From positions 38,812,001-38,876,000 of the forward strand of contig OX597837.1 of NCBI GenBank assembly GCA_951406725.2: a DNA stretch of 64,000 nt, given 5' to 3'. The translations under genes were made by a program, and so were the position numbers. Origin of the DNA: Octopus vulgaris (taxonomy: Eukaryota). Every line of letters begins with the position of its first letter. The stretch's first letter is position 1. This document shows, piece by piece, positions 14,404-26,105 of the stretch. The notes beneath the pieces were generated by a model. The model did no database searches, was not told the DNA's origin, and was given only the letters and a program-made list of their open reading frames with translations.

Positions 14404-14706
14404 ATAACTATAGGTGTGTGTATATATATATAGCCTTGTGACTGAATTTGGTTGGCAGAAACTGAGAGAAGCCCTTCGTATATCTGTTTGTGTGTGAGAG
14501 TGTGTGTGTGGTGGGTGTCAGGGTTTGTCCACTCACTATCACTTGATGACCGATGTTGATGTGTTTATGTCCCCATATATACATACATAACATACATACA
14601 TACATCAATTCGGTGCAAACATAACAGGGAACAAAAGGTCCCATGGGGAACAAAAGTCCAAGAGAAAGAGAACATCTGTGGTCAATTAATGCGGAACTTT
14701 TGTAAG

Positions 14707-15003
14707 CAGTGGCGGACTGGCCAGGTTGCCAGTTTGTCCGAGGACAAGTGGGCCCCTGCGCCATTGGAATCCATATATGGGGTCCCATCAAATGGCCCCA
14801 TCCCCTCAAGTTTGAGAATTGTTTATTCACTCCTGGAAGAATGCATTAATTATTATTCAGCTTGTAGACAGTTGAAAAGAATACTTTTAATAAAAAAAAC
14901 AAAAAAAAACAATTAAATGATAGATTTGTAGTTGCGGGTGGGTGGGCCGGTGGGCCCCCTTAGTCTCCTGACAACCAATATTTTTAGAACCAGTCCGCCA
15001 CTT
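14707..15003. mobile_element. hAT-type MITE
   Basis: TIR CAGTGGCGGACTGG / CCAGTCCGCCACTT (13/14 match); flanks TTTGTAAG / CTTGTAAG (8-bp TSD, 1 mismatch). Confidence 0.8.
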
Positions 15004-15019
15004 CTTGTAAGTAAAAAGT

Positions 15020-15533
15020 AAGTAAATTTCCCTTCTCGAGTCATACGGACTCATAAGGACTGATTTCTCTTATTTCTTTACTACCCACAAGGGGCTAAAC
15101 ATAGAGGGGACAAACAAGGACCTACAAACGGATTAAGTCGATTACATCGACCCCCAGTGCGTAACTGGTACTTAATTTATCGACCCCGAAAGGATGAAAG
15201 GCAAAGTCAACCTCGGCGGAATTTGAACTCAGAATGTAACGGCAGACGAAATACGGCTACGCATTTCGCCCGGCGTGCTAACGATTCTGCCAGCTCGCCG
15301 CCCTATAAGGACTGATTTCCCTGTTTCCGTGGTGTATATAGTCCCACCTACCCCCTGGATAGGACGCTAGTCCGTCGTAGGGTTACTCATTTTTGCCAGC
15401 TGAGTGAACTGCAGCAACATGAAATTAAGTGTTTTGCGCAAAAAAACAACGTATCGCCCGGTCCAGAGATCGAATCCACAATCTTACGACCACGAGTTCA
15501 ACACCCTAACCACTAAGCCACACGCCTCCACTA
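15020..15533 (-). mobile_element. tRNA-derived SINE family C (CORE/V-domain-like), interrupted by a SINE B
   Basis: Minus strand: GGAGGCGTGTGGCTTAGTGGTTAG A box, GATTCGATC B box, GCAAAACACTT CORE-like and CGACGGACTAGCGTCCTATCCAGGGG V-domain-like segments. Confidence 0.6.
15068..15304 (-). mobile_element. SINE family B, full length with TSD
   Basis: Flanked by ATAAGGACTGATTTC at 15053-15067 and 15305-15319. Confidence 0.9.
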
Positions 15534-15623
15534 CAGTTCTGGTACCCTGGCTATAAATTCTTATTTATACCTATCATCATTGTTGCATTTGGTTATGTAC
15601 TCACAAATTTGCACGAAAATATA

Positions 15624-15785
15624 GGCGCAGGAGTGGCGGTGTGGTAAGTAGCTTGCTTACCAACCACATGGTTCCGGGTTCAGTCCCACTGCGTGGCACT
15701 TTGAGCGAGTGTCTTCTACTATAGCCTCGGGCCGACCAAAACCTTGTGAGTGGATTTGGTAGACGGAAACTGAAAGAAGCCCGTC

Positions 15786-15835
<50 letters not shown>

Positions 15836-16064
15836 GCGTGAATGTTTGTATGTCTGCGTTTGTCCCCTCAACATCGCTTGACAACCGATGCTGGTGTGTT
15901 TACGTCCCCGTAACTTAGCGGTTCGGCAAAAGGGACCGATAGAATAAGTACTGAGCTTTACAAAGAATAAGTCCTGGGGTCGATTTGCTCGACTAAAGGC
16001 GGTGCTCCGGCCCGGCATGGCCGCAGTGAAATAACTGAAACAAGTAAAAGAGTAAAAGAGTAAA
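15624..16064 (+). mobile_element. SINE family A (full length)
   Basis: Same head, body and tail as 4104-4495. Confidence 0.9.
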
Positions 16065-16498
16065 AACCTAGAAATACTCGGTTTCACGGGAAAAGAGCAA
16101 AAGAAACCGACGCGGATTATCCCAAACCAATCTGGAAGATGTGAAGAGATGCAAATACACTTGGGTGTTATCCATCGACTGTTCGACCAGCGCACCAGCT
16201 CAACCGCATGTTCACAAACACCAGAATCCCTTTTAACTTAAAAAAAAAAGTCTTATCGCTTTGTGGGTGTGTGTCTTTGTGTCTGTGTTTGTCCACTCCC
16301 CATTACCGCTCGACAACCTGTGTTGGTATGTTTTACATCCCCGTAACTTAGTGGTTCGGCAAAACACCGATAGAATAAGTACCAGAATTTAAAAAATAAG
16401 TAATGGGGGTCGATTCATTCGACTAAAAATTCAAGGTGGTGCCCCAGCATGGCCACAGTCTAATGACTGAAACAAGTAAAAGACAACGATATATAAAT

Positions 16499-16499
16499 T

Positions 16500-16542
<43 letters not shown>

Positions 16543-16543
16543 G

Positions 16544-16605
<62 letters not shown>

Positions 16606-16606
16606 G

Positions 16607-16657
<51 letters not shown>

Positions 16658-16682
16658 CAGACAGATAGATAGATAGACAGAC

Positions 16683-16725
<43 letters not shown>

Positions 16726-16730
16726 CAGAC

Positions 16731-16786
<56 letters not shown>

Positions 16787-16834
16787 GGATGGATAGATAG
16801 ATAGATAGACAGACAGATAGATAGATAGACAGAC

Positions 16835-16876
<42 letters not shown>
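16499..16876. repeat. (GATA)n microsatellite
   Basis: Directly visible. Confidence 0.95.
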
Positions 16877-16877
<1 letters not shown>

Positions 16878-17461
16878 AGGGGAGGGACGGAAAGATGGCC
16901 GGCAGACAGACAGACAGACATAGAGATAGATATACAATACGTATTGTTATGCAGCTTCTCACCCCCTCTACCTCCTCTGCTTCCTCCTTCTCCTCTTCTC
17001 CTCTCACCCTCACCGTGTTTCCCTCCTCCCCCTTCATTACGTTGGCGCAATAACATCTGCCTCTTCCACACATGACGTCTCTCGTTCTCGTTCCTCCTCC
17101 TCCTTCCCCTCCTTCCTTCTTTCCCTCCTTCCTTTCTTCCATCTGGTCCATTTCTCGTGTTGTTTATTGTCGTTTGTTTGTTTTGTTTTGTTTTTATGTG
17201 CGTTTTATTTGTTTGTTTGTTTGTTTAAAATGTCTGTTTGTAATTTCATGTTTGTGATTGTTTGTTCTTTGCGGTTTCTTCAGACGTTCACAATCTGGAA
17301 GAGAACAGACGACACAAAAGTCCATTGTATCTGTGTGTATATATGTGTGTGTGAGAGAGAGTATATGTACGCGCGTGCGTGTGAGTATGTGTGCGCGTGG
17401 CGTGTGTGTACAAGAAATAGAGATGAGAAAAGAATAAATAAATTATCTTATGAACTTCAAT

Positions 17462-17542
17462 AGCTTACATCTGTTTCTGCTGTAAGATGCAGTGGGTTCG
17501 TGGTTGAGCGTCTGAGCATCACCTCATCGCTTCTTCAGAGCT
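17462..17542 (-). ncRNA. Putative minimal type I hammerhead ribozyme
   Basis: AGCT-CTGAAGA-A-GCGATGA...TTACAGC-A-GAAAC-AGAT-GTA-AGCT on the minus strand; stem II is more degenerate than in the other arm. Confidence 0.5.
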
Positions 17543-17726
17543 TCAAACATGGAGTACAGTTTATTTGGGAAAACAATTGTTTTTATGCATACACACAGGA
17601 AAAGCAATTTCAATTAAAAAAACATACGCGTATACGAGGACAGAAATCCTGGAGCTCCTCCCAGAATCAGAATAAGGTTAATTGAACTTTCTTTTTAATT
17701 AATCTTATTAATTAATCTTATTATTA

Positions 17727-17897
17727 GGCGCAGGAGTAGCTGTGTGGTAAGTAGCTTGCTTACCAATCACACGGTTCCGGGTTCAGTCCCACTGCGTGGC
17801 ACCTTGAGCAAGTGTCTTCTACTATAGCCTCTGGTCGACCAAAGCCTTGTGAGTGGATTTGGTAGACGGAAACTGAAAGAAGCCTGTCGTATATATG

Positions 17898-17961
<64 letters not shown>

Positions 17962-18184
17962 TGTATGTTTGTGTGTCTGCTTTTGTCCCCCTAGCATTGC
18001 TTGACAACCGATGCTGGTGTGTTTATGTCCCCGTTACTTAGCGGTTCGTCAAAAGAGACCGATAGAATAAGTACTGGGCTTACCATATGAATAAGTCGCG
18101 GGGTCGAGTTGCTCGGTTAAAAAGGCGGTGCTCCAGCATGGCCGCAGTCAAATGACTGAAACAAGTAAAAGAGTAAAAGAGTAT
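17727..18184 (+). mobile_element. SINE family A (full length) with 83-bp flanking direct repeat
   Basis: Family A sequence; 17630-17712 is duplicated at 18181-18263. Confidence 0.9.
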
Positions 18185-18383
18185 ACGAGGAAAGAAATCC
18201 TGGAGCTCCTCCCAGAATCAGAATAAGGTTAATTAAATTTTCTTTTTAATTAATCTTATTAATCGCATTAATTTTTGTTTAAATTAATGTAATTATGACC
18301 ATGGGGGGGAGTCCTGGATTCCTTCTCCCCGCATACGTCTATATTTCTTCATTGGTAATGCTTTTCTGCGCTTCACGCTTTGG

Positions 18384-18464
18384 AGCTCTGATGAAGCTAT
18401 GACGTGTTACTCAGGCACTCAACTATGAGCCCACTGCATCTCGTAGCAGAAACAGTTGTAAGCT
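18384..18464 (+). ncRNA. Putative minimal type I hammerhead ribozyme
   Basis: AGCT-CTGATGA-A-GCTATGA...TCGTAGC-A-GAAAC-AGTT-GTA-AGCT: stem I AGCT/AGCT, 7-bp stem II, GUA cleavage triplet. Confidence 0.6.
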
Positions 18465-18784
18465 AATGAAGTTCATAAGATAACCATTTGTTCATTTCTC
18501 ATCTCATTATATTCTTTTGGTGATGTCATTGAATCGACCAACATGATTCTAGAGTGTAGTTGATTATTTTGATGCCAACACTTGATTTATCGACCCCGGA
18601 GAAATGAAAGTGAAACTGGATCTGCGCGGAATTTGAACCTACGACTGAAGAGACGCAACCGAATACCAGAAAGTGTTTTACTCGATATTCCGCCGATCCT
18701 GCCATGACATCCACAACTAGAACAAAATCGATAACAACTAGCACTGCAACAACAGTGAGTATAAGAACAACAACTTGAATAACG

Positions 18785-18978
18785 AGAAAGAAGAAAAGAA
18801 AGAAAGAAAGAAAGAAAGAAACAAGCGAAGGAAAGGAAAGAAATGAAAGAAGGAAAGTGAGAAGGAAAAGCCAGAGAGAACGAAAAAATGAAAGCATGAA
18901 AAAAAAAGAAAGAAGGAGAGAGAGAGAGAATGAGAGAAAGAAAGAAAAAAAGAAAGAAAGAAAAAAAGAAAAAAAGAG

Positions 18979-19053
<75 letters not shown>

Positions 19054-19150
19054 GAAAAGAGAGAAAGAAAGAAAGAAAGAAAGAAAAAAGAGAGAAAGAA
19101 AGAAAGAAAGAAAGAAAGAAAGGAAAAAGAGAAAAAGATAGAAAGAGGAA

Positions 19151-19194
<44 letters not shown>

Positions 19195-19200
19195 AATGAC
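18785..19200. repeat. (GAAA)n array
   Basis: Directly visible. Confidence 0.9.
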
Positions 19201-19883
19201 TAGAAACGAAAGAATCGTGTGCCACACGTTTCGCTCCTTCTTACGTTTCCTCACGTGACAGCGGGCAGTATCACGTGTGTTTTAGTCGCATGATGCCAGC
19301 GTTAGGTGAGAGTGAAGGGAGGAGGAGGAGGAGGAGAAGGGGTCAAGTAGATTTGACAATATTTGCGACATGTCGCGTCGCGGAAGACATATTTGGTGAA
19401 AGGGAATAGGGACATGAGATGAGGATGCGGCGGAGGGAGTGAGGAGGGAAAGAGAGAGAGAGAGAGACAGATAGGGAGAAACGGACAGGGAGAGGGAGAC
19501 ACTGATAGGGAGAAACGGACAGGCGGACAGAGAGGGAGGGAGAGAGACGGGTAGGCACACAGAGAGGGAAAGAGAGAGGAATGAGAGTGAGTGAGACAAT
19601 GAGAGAAAGAGAGAGAGAGAAAGAGGGAGAGCAAGATAGACAAACAGGAAGAGGAGACAGAGAGAGTGATATAGAGATAGATAGCTAGAGAGAGAGAGAG
19701 AATGAGAGGGAGAAAGAAAGAGAAAGAGAGAGAGAAAGAAAGAGAAAGAGAGAGAGTGAGAAAGAGAAAGAGAGAGAGTGAGAAAGAGAAAGAGAGAGAG
19801 AGAAATGGCTAGACTTACAGACACATCGACAGACAGAAAGAAAACGACAGAGAAGGAGAGAGAGAGAAAGAGAGGCAAAGACA

Positions 19884-19920
<37 letters not shown>

Positions 19921-19977
19921 ACACACACTCAGAGCAAAAAGCGAAGCAGAAAGAATATTAGACAGAAACAAAGAGAA

Positions 19978-20011
<34 letters not shown>

Positions 20012-20470
20012 TGGCGGTGGCGGTGTTGGGGTGGAATGAAAGGCAGGGGATAAAGTAATTAACTTGATACTCGAGATTAATTGACTTAAGATCAGAGCAG
20101 CTTTCGTCTGTTTGTTGTCGTTGACGTGAATGTTTGTTTGTTTTGTTTTTACGTTAGGCGGGGGTGGAAGGATTACGCAAAGCGGTACTACCGAAGACAC
20201 ACGTCACCGAAACCGACGATGAATCAAACGACGTTTTTCCAAGCAGTTGAAGCGACGTCCAAACAATCACGTGATCTCTTCCTCTCAAAGCCGTATCATC
20301 ATGGCTGCCGCGTATTTGACTTAAATCGTTATTATCTCCCCCCCCCGCCCCATAACTGCTGCTGCTGTTGTTGATGCTGCTTCTACGCTGGCTGTCATCA
20401 TATTATCAACACGCATACACATCATTACACACACACACGCACACACACTGACATAAACAAAGACACAGGC

Positions 20471-20503
<33 letters not shown>

Positions 20504-20504
20504 T

Positions 20505-20930
20505 TACACTCTTCTACTCTCTCTTACTCGTTTCAGTCATTTGACTGCGGCCATGCTGGAGCACCGCCCTTTAGTCGAGCAAATCGACCCCGGGACTTAT
20601 TCTTTTGTAAGCCCAGTACTTATTCTATCGGTTCTTTTGCCAAACCGCTACATGACGGGGACCTAAACACACCAGCATCGGTTGTCAAGCAATGCTAGAG
20701 GGACAAACACAGACACACAAACATATACACACACACACACATATATATATACGCATACATATATACGACAGGCTTCTTTCAGTTTCCGTCAACCAAATCC
20801 ACTCACAAGGCTTTGGTTGGCCTGAGGCTATAGAAGAAGACACTTGCCCAAGATGCCACACAGTGGGACTGAACCCGGAACCATGTGGTTGGTTAGCAAG
20901 CTACTTACCACACAGACACTCCTGCGCCTA
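20505..20930 (-). mobile_element. SINE family A (full length)
   Basis: Reverse complement of family A; a 5' half copy lies head-to-head at 21113-21233. Confidence 0.9.
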
Positions 20931-21402
20931 TCTCTATCTCTTTCTATATCTATCTATTTCTCCCCCTCTCTTACTCTGTTTCGCTCTTTCTCCTCCTCCC
21001 CTCTCTATCTCTCTCTGAGAGAGAGGGGAGGAGGAGAAAGAGCGAGTCAGAGAAAGAGAGGGGGAGAAATAGATAGATAGATAGATACAGAAAGAGATAG
21101 ACAGAGGGAGATAGGCGCAGGTGTGGCTGTGGTAAGAAGTTCATTTCCCAACCACATGGTTCCGGGTTCAGTCCCACTGCGTGGCACCTTGGGCAAGTGT
21201 CTTCTACCATATCCTTAGGCCGACCAAAGCCCTGTGTGCGTGTGTGTGTATGTTCGTGTATGTGTGTGTGTATGTTATTGTATGTATGTGTAGGTGTGTG
21301 TGTATGTTCGTTTAAGTGTGTGTAAGTGAGTACATATGTGTGTGTATGTTCGTGTATGTGTGTATGTGTGTATGTGTGTGCGTGTGTGTGTGCGTACATG
21401 TT

Positions 21403-21449
<47 letters not shown>

Positions 21450-21876
21450 ACATGCATAACATGCATTCCAGAAGTTTTGCGACATATTTTAGAAGAGACA
21501 TAATTATCCTAGACTAATTATAATTATCCTAAATTAATTGTTATTTTAGTATATCATTTCTACACATCTAAATAATCTGACCTGCCACCTTTTATTATTC
21601 CAGGTTGAAGTGAACGGCTGTAACAGCACTTTGAACACATCCTACAAAGGACACTGCTTGTGACATCTGACTGGTTTTGCAGAATGCTGTCAGGACATGA
21701 AGACAGGAAAACTGCTGTGCAAATGAATTTTTGCGTTAAAATAGGTAAAAACGTTGCAGGAACTTATGATGTGCTCCAGACTGGTCTCGGATTAACTTGT
21801 TTTTCGCTGATACAAGAAGTTCAACAACGGCAGGAAGGAGATGAGGAATGAAAAGAAGCCTGGGAGGAAGAGGGAT

Positions 21877-22375
21877 GTTAGTTAGTTAGTTAGTTAGTTA
21901 ATTAATTTGGCTCAAAAGCAAATAGCAAGGCCATGTAGGGGTACATGGAGTTAAGTATAGGGTGGTGTTCATGTAAAGAGTTCAGGCCACTTGAGGTCAA
22001 AGGAGGCTTTGAACAAAGCGGTCGTCGGTATCTTCACCATCTCGTCTGGCAGCTTATTCCACGGATCCGCAACCCGGACGGAAAAAGCCCCTATCCTTCG
22101 ATTGAGATGAAATCGTCGCAGGTAGAGCTTTTCGGAATGACCCCGCAGCCGACGCTCGGGAGCAGGAGTGAAGAACAGCTCTTTCGAGAGGTTACACTTT
22201 CCGCTTATGATGTTGTGGGCGAGAATGAGATCACCACGGCGGCGGCGTTTTTCTAGAGAATAAAGGTCGAGCGTCCTCAGCCTTTCTTCATAGGACAAAT
22301 TTTTGAGACCATGAACCATGCGGGTAGCCAGCTTCTGGACTCTTTCGAGATGCTGTATGTCTTTGAGAATAGCAG
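21877..22375 (-). mobile_element. CR1/L2-like LINE 3' fragment
   Basis: LSYEERLRTLDLYSLEKRRRRGDLI...RGHSEKL...FSVRVADPWNKLP; (TAAC)n tail. Confidence 0.9.
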
Positions 22376-22577
22376 AACATGAGATCTGGTTGAGGGAGTT
22401 TCCTGCTTTCTGGGTGGAGACCTTTGTGTGTCTATAAAGACAACAAGCTTACGGTTTGTGTGGCAACGATGCGCAGAATTATTCACGAAGGTTTGAACAT
22501 GCGCAAAGTTTATTACGAAGGCGCTCAGTTACGAACAAAAAGAAAGACGTGTCGGTGACAGCAGGGAGAGGGTTTAG

Positions 22578-23011
22578 CTCTCAAGCATTTGTCCTATGAA
22601 GAAAGGCTGAAGACACTCGACATTTGTTCTCTGGAAAAACGACGACGCCGTGGTGATCTGATTCTTGCTCACAACATCATAAGCGGAAAGTGTAACCTCT
22701 CGAAAGAGTTGTTCTTCACTCCTGCTCCAGAGCGTCGGCTGCGGGGTCACTCCGAAAAGCTCTATCTGCGACGATTTCATCTCAATCGAAGGAGAGGGGC
22801 TTTCTCCGTCCGGATTGCGGATCCGTGGAACAAGCTGCCGGACGAGATAGTGAAGATGCCGACGACCGCTCGGTTCAAAGTCTCTCTTGACCAGAAATGG
22901 CCTGAACTCTTTGCATGAATACTCTCCCTGTACATAACTCCATGTCCCCCCTACATGGCCTTGCTTTTTGCTTTTTGAGCCAAAAAATTAACTTAACTTA
23001 ACTTAACTAAC
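22578..23011 (+). mobile_element. CR1/L2-like LINE 3' fragment (same family, opposite orientation)
   Basis: SYEERLKTLDICSLEKRRRRGDLI...WNKLP; (TAACT)n tail. Confidence 0.9.
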
Positions 23012-23415
23012 CTCCAGTCCAACTGTGATCCAGTCTCTGGTGACCTGTTACGAAAGTTGGATTCACTGTTATTATCCAGAGAACTAGAGACAGAGTGCCC
23101 AATGGAAGCATCTTGGCCTCCTCAGACCCGGAAGTTCAAGATGATCCCTTTTTTCGACAGCAAGGACATCATCTACATCCACTAGGTTCTCTCTGGCCTC
23201 GCAAACAACAAAGAGTACTTTGTAAAGATTTTGAGGGAGTTCGCGGAGAGATTTCGTTATAAAATGCCAGAGCTCTTCCGCTCGGATCGGTAAATCTGCA
23301 CCAGGACAAAGCAACAATCCGCAGTTCAATCCTGGTAACCAACTACTTGACAGACGTGGGCATCAAAACTGCCCCTTGCCCACACCACCTCCTCTCCTAC
23401 AATCCAGCCCTTGCT

Positions 23416-23650
23416 AGAAAGGGACTTAACTGATATTTGGTTTGTAAACAATGGTGAATTTCTCCGCCGTGAAAATTGTTAGAAGTTATGGCTCAAAAAT
23501 TTCTACCCCTATTCGCGGGTGCCTCGGGGAAAAATAATTTGACGAAAATACAGCTAGGATCGTGACGAATGTCCTCCTAAAATTTGAGCGACATGCGTGC
23601 TAATTTGTGGATGTGCATAAACTACATTCACGTACACACACACACACACA
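23416..23650 (+). mobile_element. 235-bp insertion ending in (CA)n, flanked by a 20-bp duplication
   Basis: CCTACAATCCAGCCCTTGCT at 23396-23415 and 23651-23670. Confidence 0.65.
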
Positions 23651-23953
23651 CCTACAATCCAGCCCTTGCTTCTTGTGACCTATGGTTGTTCCCCAAGCTG
23701 AAAGAAAATCTCAGAGGCAGTTGTCTTCAAGGCATAGAGAAGATGAAGGAATCTGCGACCAGGGTCTTGAACACCTTCAGTTTGGAGGACTTCCATACGG
23801 GGCCTTCCCAAAGTATCCGAAACGCCCCAGCAAGTCTACTGAAGTCAAAGAACCCTAGTTTTGAAAGAGATTGGGGTTTTGTATTTTTTACACTTCCTTC
23901 GAATTAATAGATGACTTTCCTAAAAAAAAGTCTGAAAACTTCTAGAATGCATC

Positions 23954-24031
<78 letters not shown>

Positions 24032-24589
24032 TCTTTTATTCTTTTATTCTTTTACTTGTTTCAGTCATTTGACTGTGGCCATGCCGGAGCTCCGCCTTTT
24101 AGTCGAAGAAATCGACCCCAGGACATATTCTTTGTGAGCCTATATTATCGGTCTCTGTTGCCGAATCGCTAAATTTCGGAGACGTAAACACACCAACAGC
24201 GGTTGTCACATATATATGTACACACACACACATACAAGATGCATTCTAGAAGTTATCAGACTTTTTTTTAGGAGTCATCTATTAATTCGAAGGAAGTGTA
24301 AAAATACAAAACCCTAATCTCTTTCAAAACTAGGGTCCTTTGACTTCAGTATACTTACTGGGGCGTTTCGGATACATTGGGAAGTCCACCAAACTGAATA
24401 CCTGCCGCTAGGCTCCAGCATGCAGCCCCAGCAAGTTGTCACGTGACGCTGTCTCACCTTAACTGACCAGTGAAGGCGCGTAGTCTTAGCCCGCGCATTC
24501 TCTAAACGACCGTCACCTGTCAGTCAGGGAAGCTTATTCAGTGTCAGCTTGTCTCACCTTGTCTGGGACTAATGTACCAACGCCCACAA

Positions 24590-25410
24590 AAAAGCTTTTG
24601 AAGCTGTGGACAGAACATAAGAGACATTAGAAATTGCATTTCCATAAAAGGAAATGCCAGTATTATTGTCAGGAGACTTCTGAGAAACACCACCAGTTGT
24701 TACAAGAGGAACAGAAATAGAAAAGCCCAATGTTTCAATAAAGTCTTCTGTATTATGGCATCATGTGAAAATACTTGAACTTTCAACAAATATGAGATTG
24801 AGGCTTTTAAGAGATCAATCAACTGAATTATTTGCAGAGCAGCTTTTGAAACTCAGTGAAAGGAGGTGTTCCAATTGACGAAGAACAGTCTCTTACACTC
24901 AATCCAATTCAGCTGATTCCGTCGATGGTTTGGTGGCTGAAATTTTTCCAAATCTTCCTCGGAATTACAACAATACAGATTGGATCTGTGAGCGAGCTAC
25001 CCTGGCTCCAAAACATGTTGTTGTAAATAGCATTAATGATATGCTATTGAATAAACTTCTGGGAGAAGTATTCACTTATAACTCAATTGACAGTGTTGTT
25101 GTTGATCAGGATAGGGTTAACTACCACACTCGAATACTGTTTTCATTCTGAAAATTCCACTAAACCCAACAGACTGCTCCTACCCTATGCAGAGACTTCA
25201 GTTCCCTCTTAAACTCACTTTTGCCATGACAGTTAACAAAGTACAAGGTCAGTTGCTGAAAGTTGTCAGATTGGAACTTCGAATGTCGTGCTTTTCACAT
25301 GGACACTTCTACGCCAGTTGTTCCAGAGTTGACCATTCAGACAACTTATTCATCTATGGTCCTGAAGGAAAAACCAAAAATGTCGTCTACAAAGCAGCCC
25401 TACAGTAGTT
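24590..25410 (+). pseudogene. Decayed Helitron Pif1-like helicase remnant
   Basis: LSGDF, WICERATLAPK and RLQFPLKLTFAMTVNKVQGQ...FSHG...SRV motifs with stops and deletions. Confidence 0.8.
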
Positions 25411-25591
25411 ATTCCTCTCCTGAAATCTTCACTTCTATGCCGAGCTTTAGCTGTTATCTATCAGACTTCCTGCAAGCATTTCATTGATATTCTGCTTCAT
25501 TTCCCAGTACATTTACCTTCAATGCCCCTTCTTCACGCACGCTGTCCGCTCATAAGCATGCTCTGGCATTTATTTTCGTAAATGCCATTAT

Positions 25592-25998
25592 TCTTTACTC
25601 TTTTACTTCTTTCAGTCATTTGACTGCGGCCATGCTGGAGCACCGCCTTTAGTCGAGCAAATCGACCCCGGGACTTATTCTTTTGTAAGCCCAGTACTTA
25701 TTCTATCGGTCTCTTTTGCCGAACCGCTAAGTTACGGGGACGTAAACACACCAGCATCGGTTGCCAAGCAATGCTAGGGGGACAAACACAGACACACAAA
25801 CACACACACACACATATATATATATACATATATACGACAGGCTTCTTTCAGTTTCCGTCTACCAAATCCACTCACAAGGCATTGGTCGGCCCGGGGCTAT
25901 AGCAGGAGGCACTTGCCCAAGGTGCCACGCAGTGGTACTGAACCCGGAACCATGTGGTTGGTAAGCAAGCTACTTACCACACAGCCACTCCTGCGCCT
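25592..25998 (-). mobile_element. SINE family A (full length)
   Basis: Reverse complement of family A. Confidence 0.9.
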
Positions 25999-26105
25999 AT
26001 TCTATTTGTGTGTTTGTTATAAATGTTTGCTTTTCTTTATCATACATGCCTTTCATTGAAAAAAAATGCTTCAATGTGGTTGTCTCCGGCATTATGAGAA
26101 AAATA

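Larger units (their letters stand above)
17418..18506. mobile_element. Fold-back element with Penelope-like pLTR arms (17418-17662 / 18304-18506), interrupted by a SINE A
   Basis: Arms are diverged reverse complements of each other and each carries a hammerhead core. Confidence 0.7.
21455..23957 (+). mobile_element. Decayed mariner transposon with three nested insertions
   Basis: Fragments FCVKIGKNVAGTY (N-terminus), LVTCYESWI (first D region), HQD, and YNPALASCDLWLFPKLK (YSPDLAP motif); TIR-like ATGCATTC.AGAAGTTTT at 21461 and inverted at 23935-23957. Confidence 0.75.

Noticed and set aside
16423-17151. LSIY-repeat ORFs
   Set aside because: (GATA)n microsatellite.
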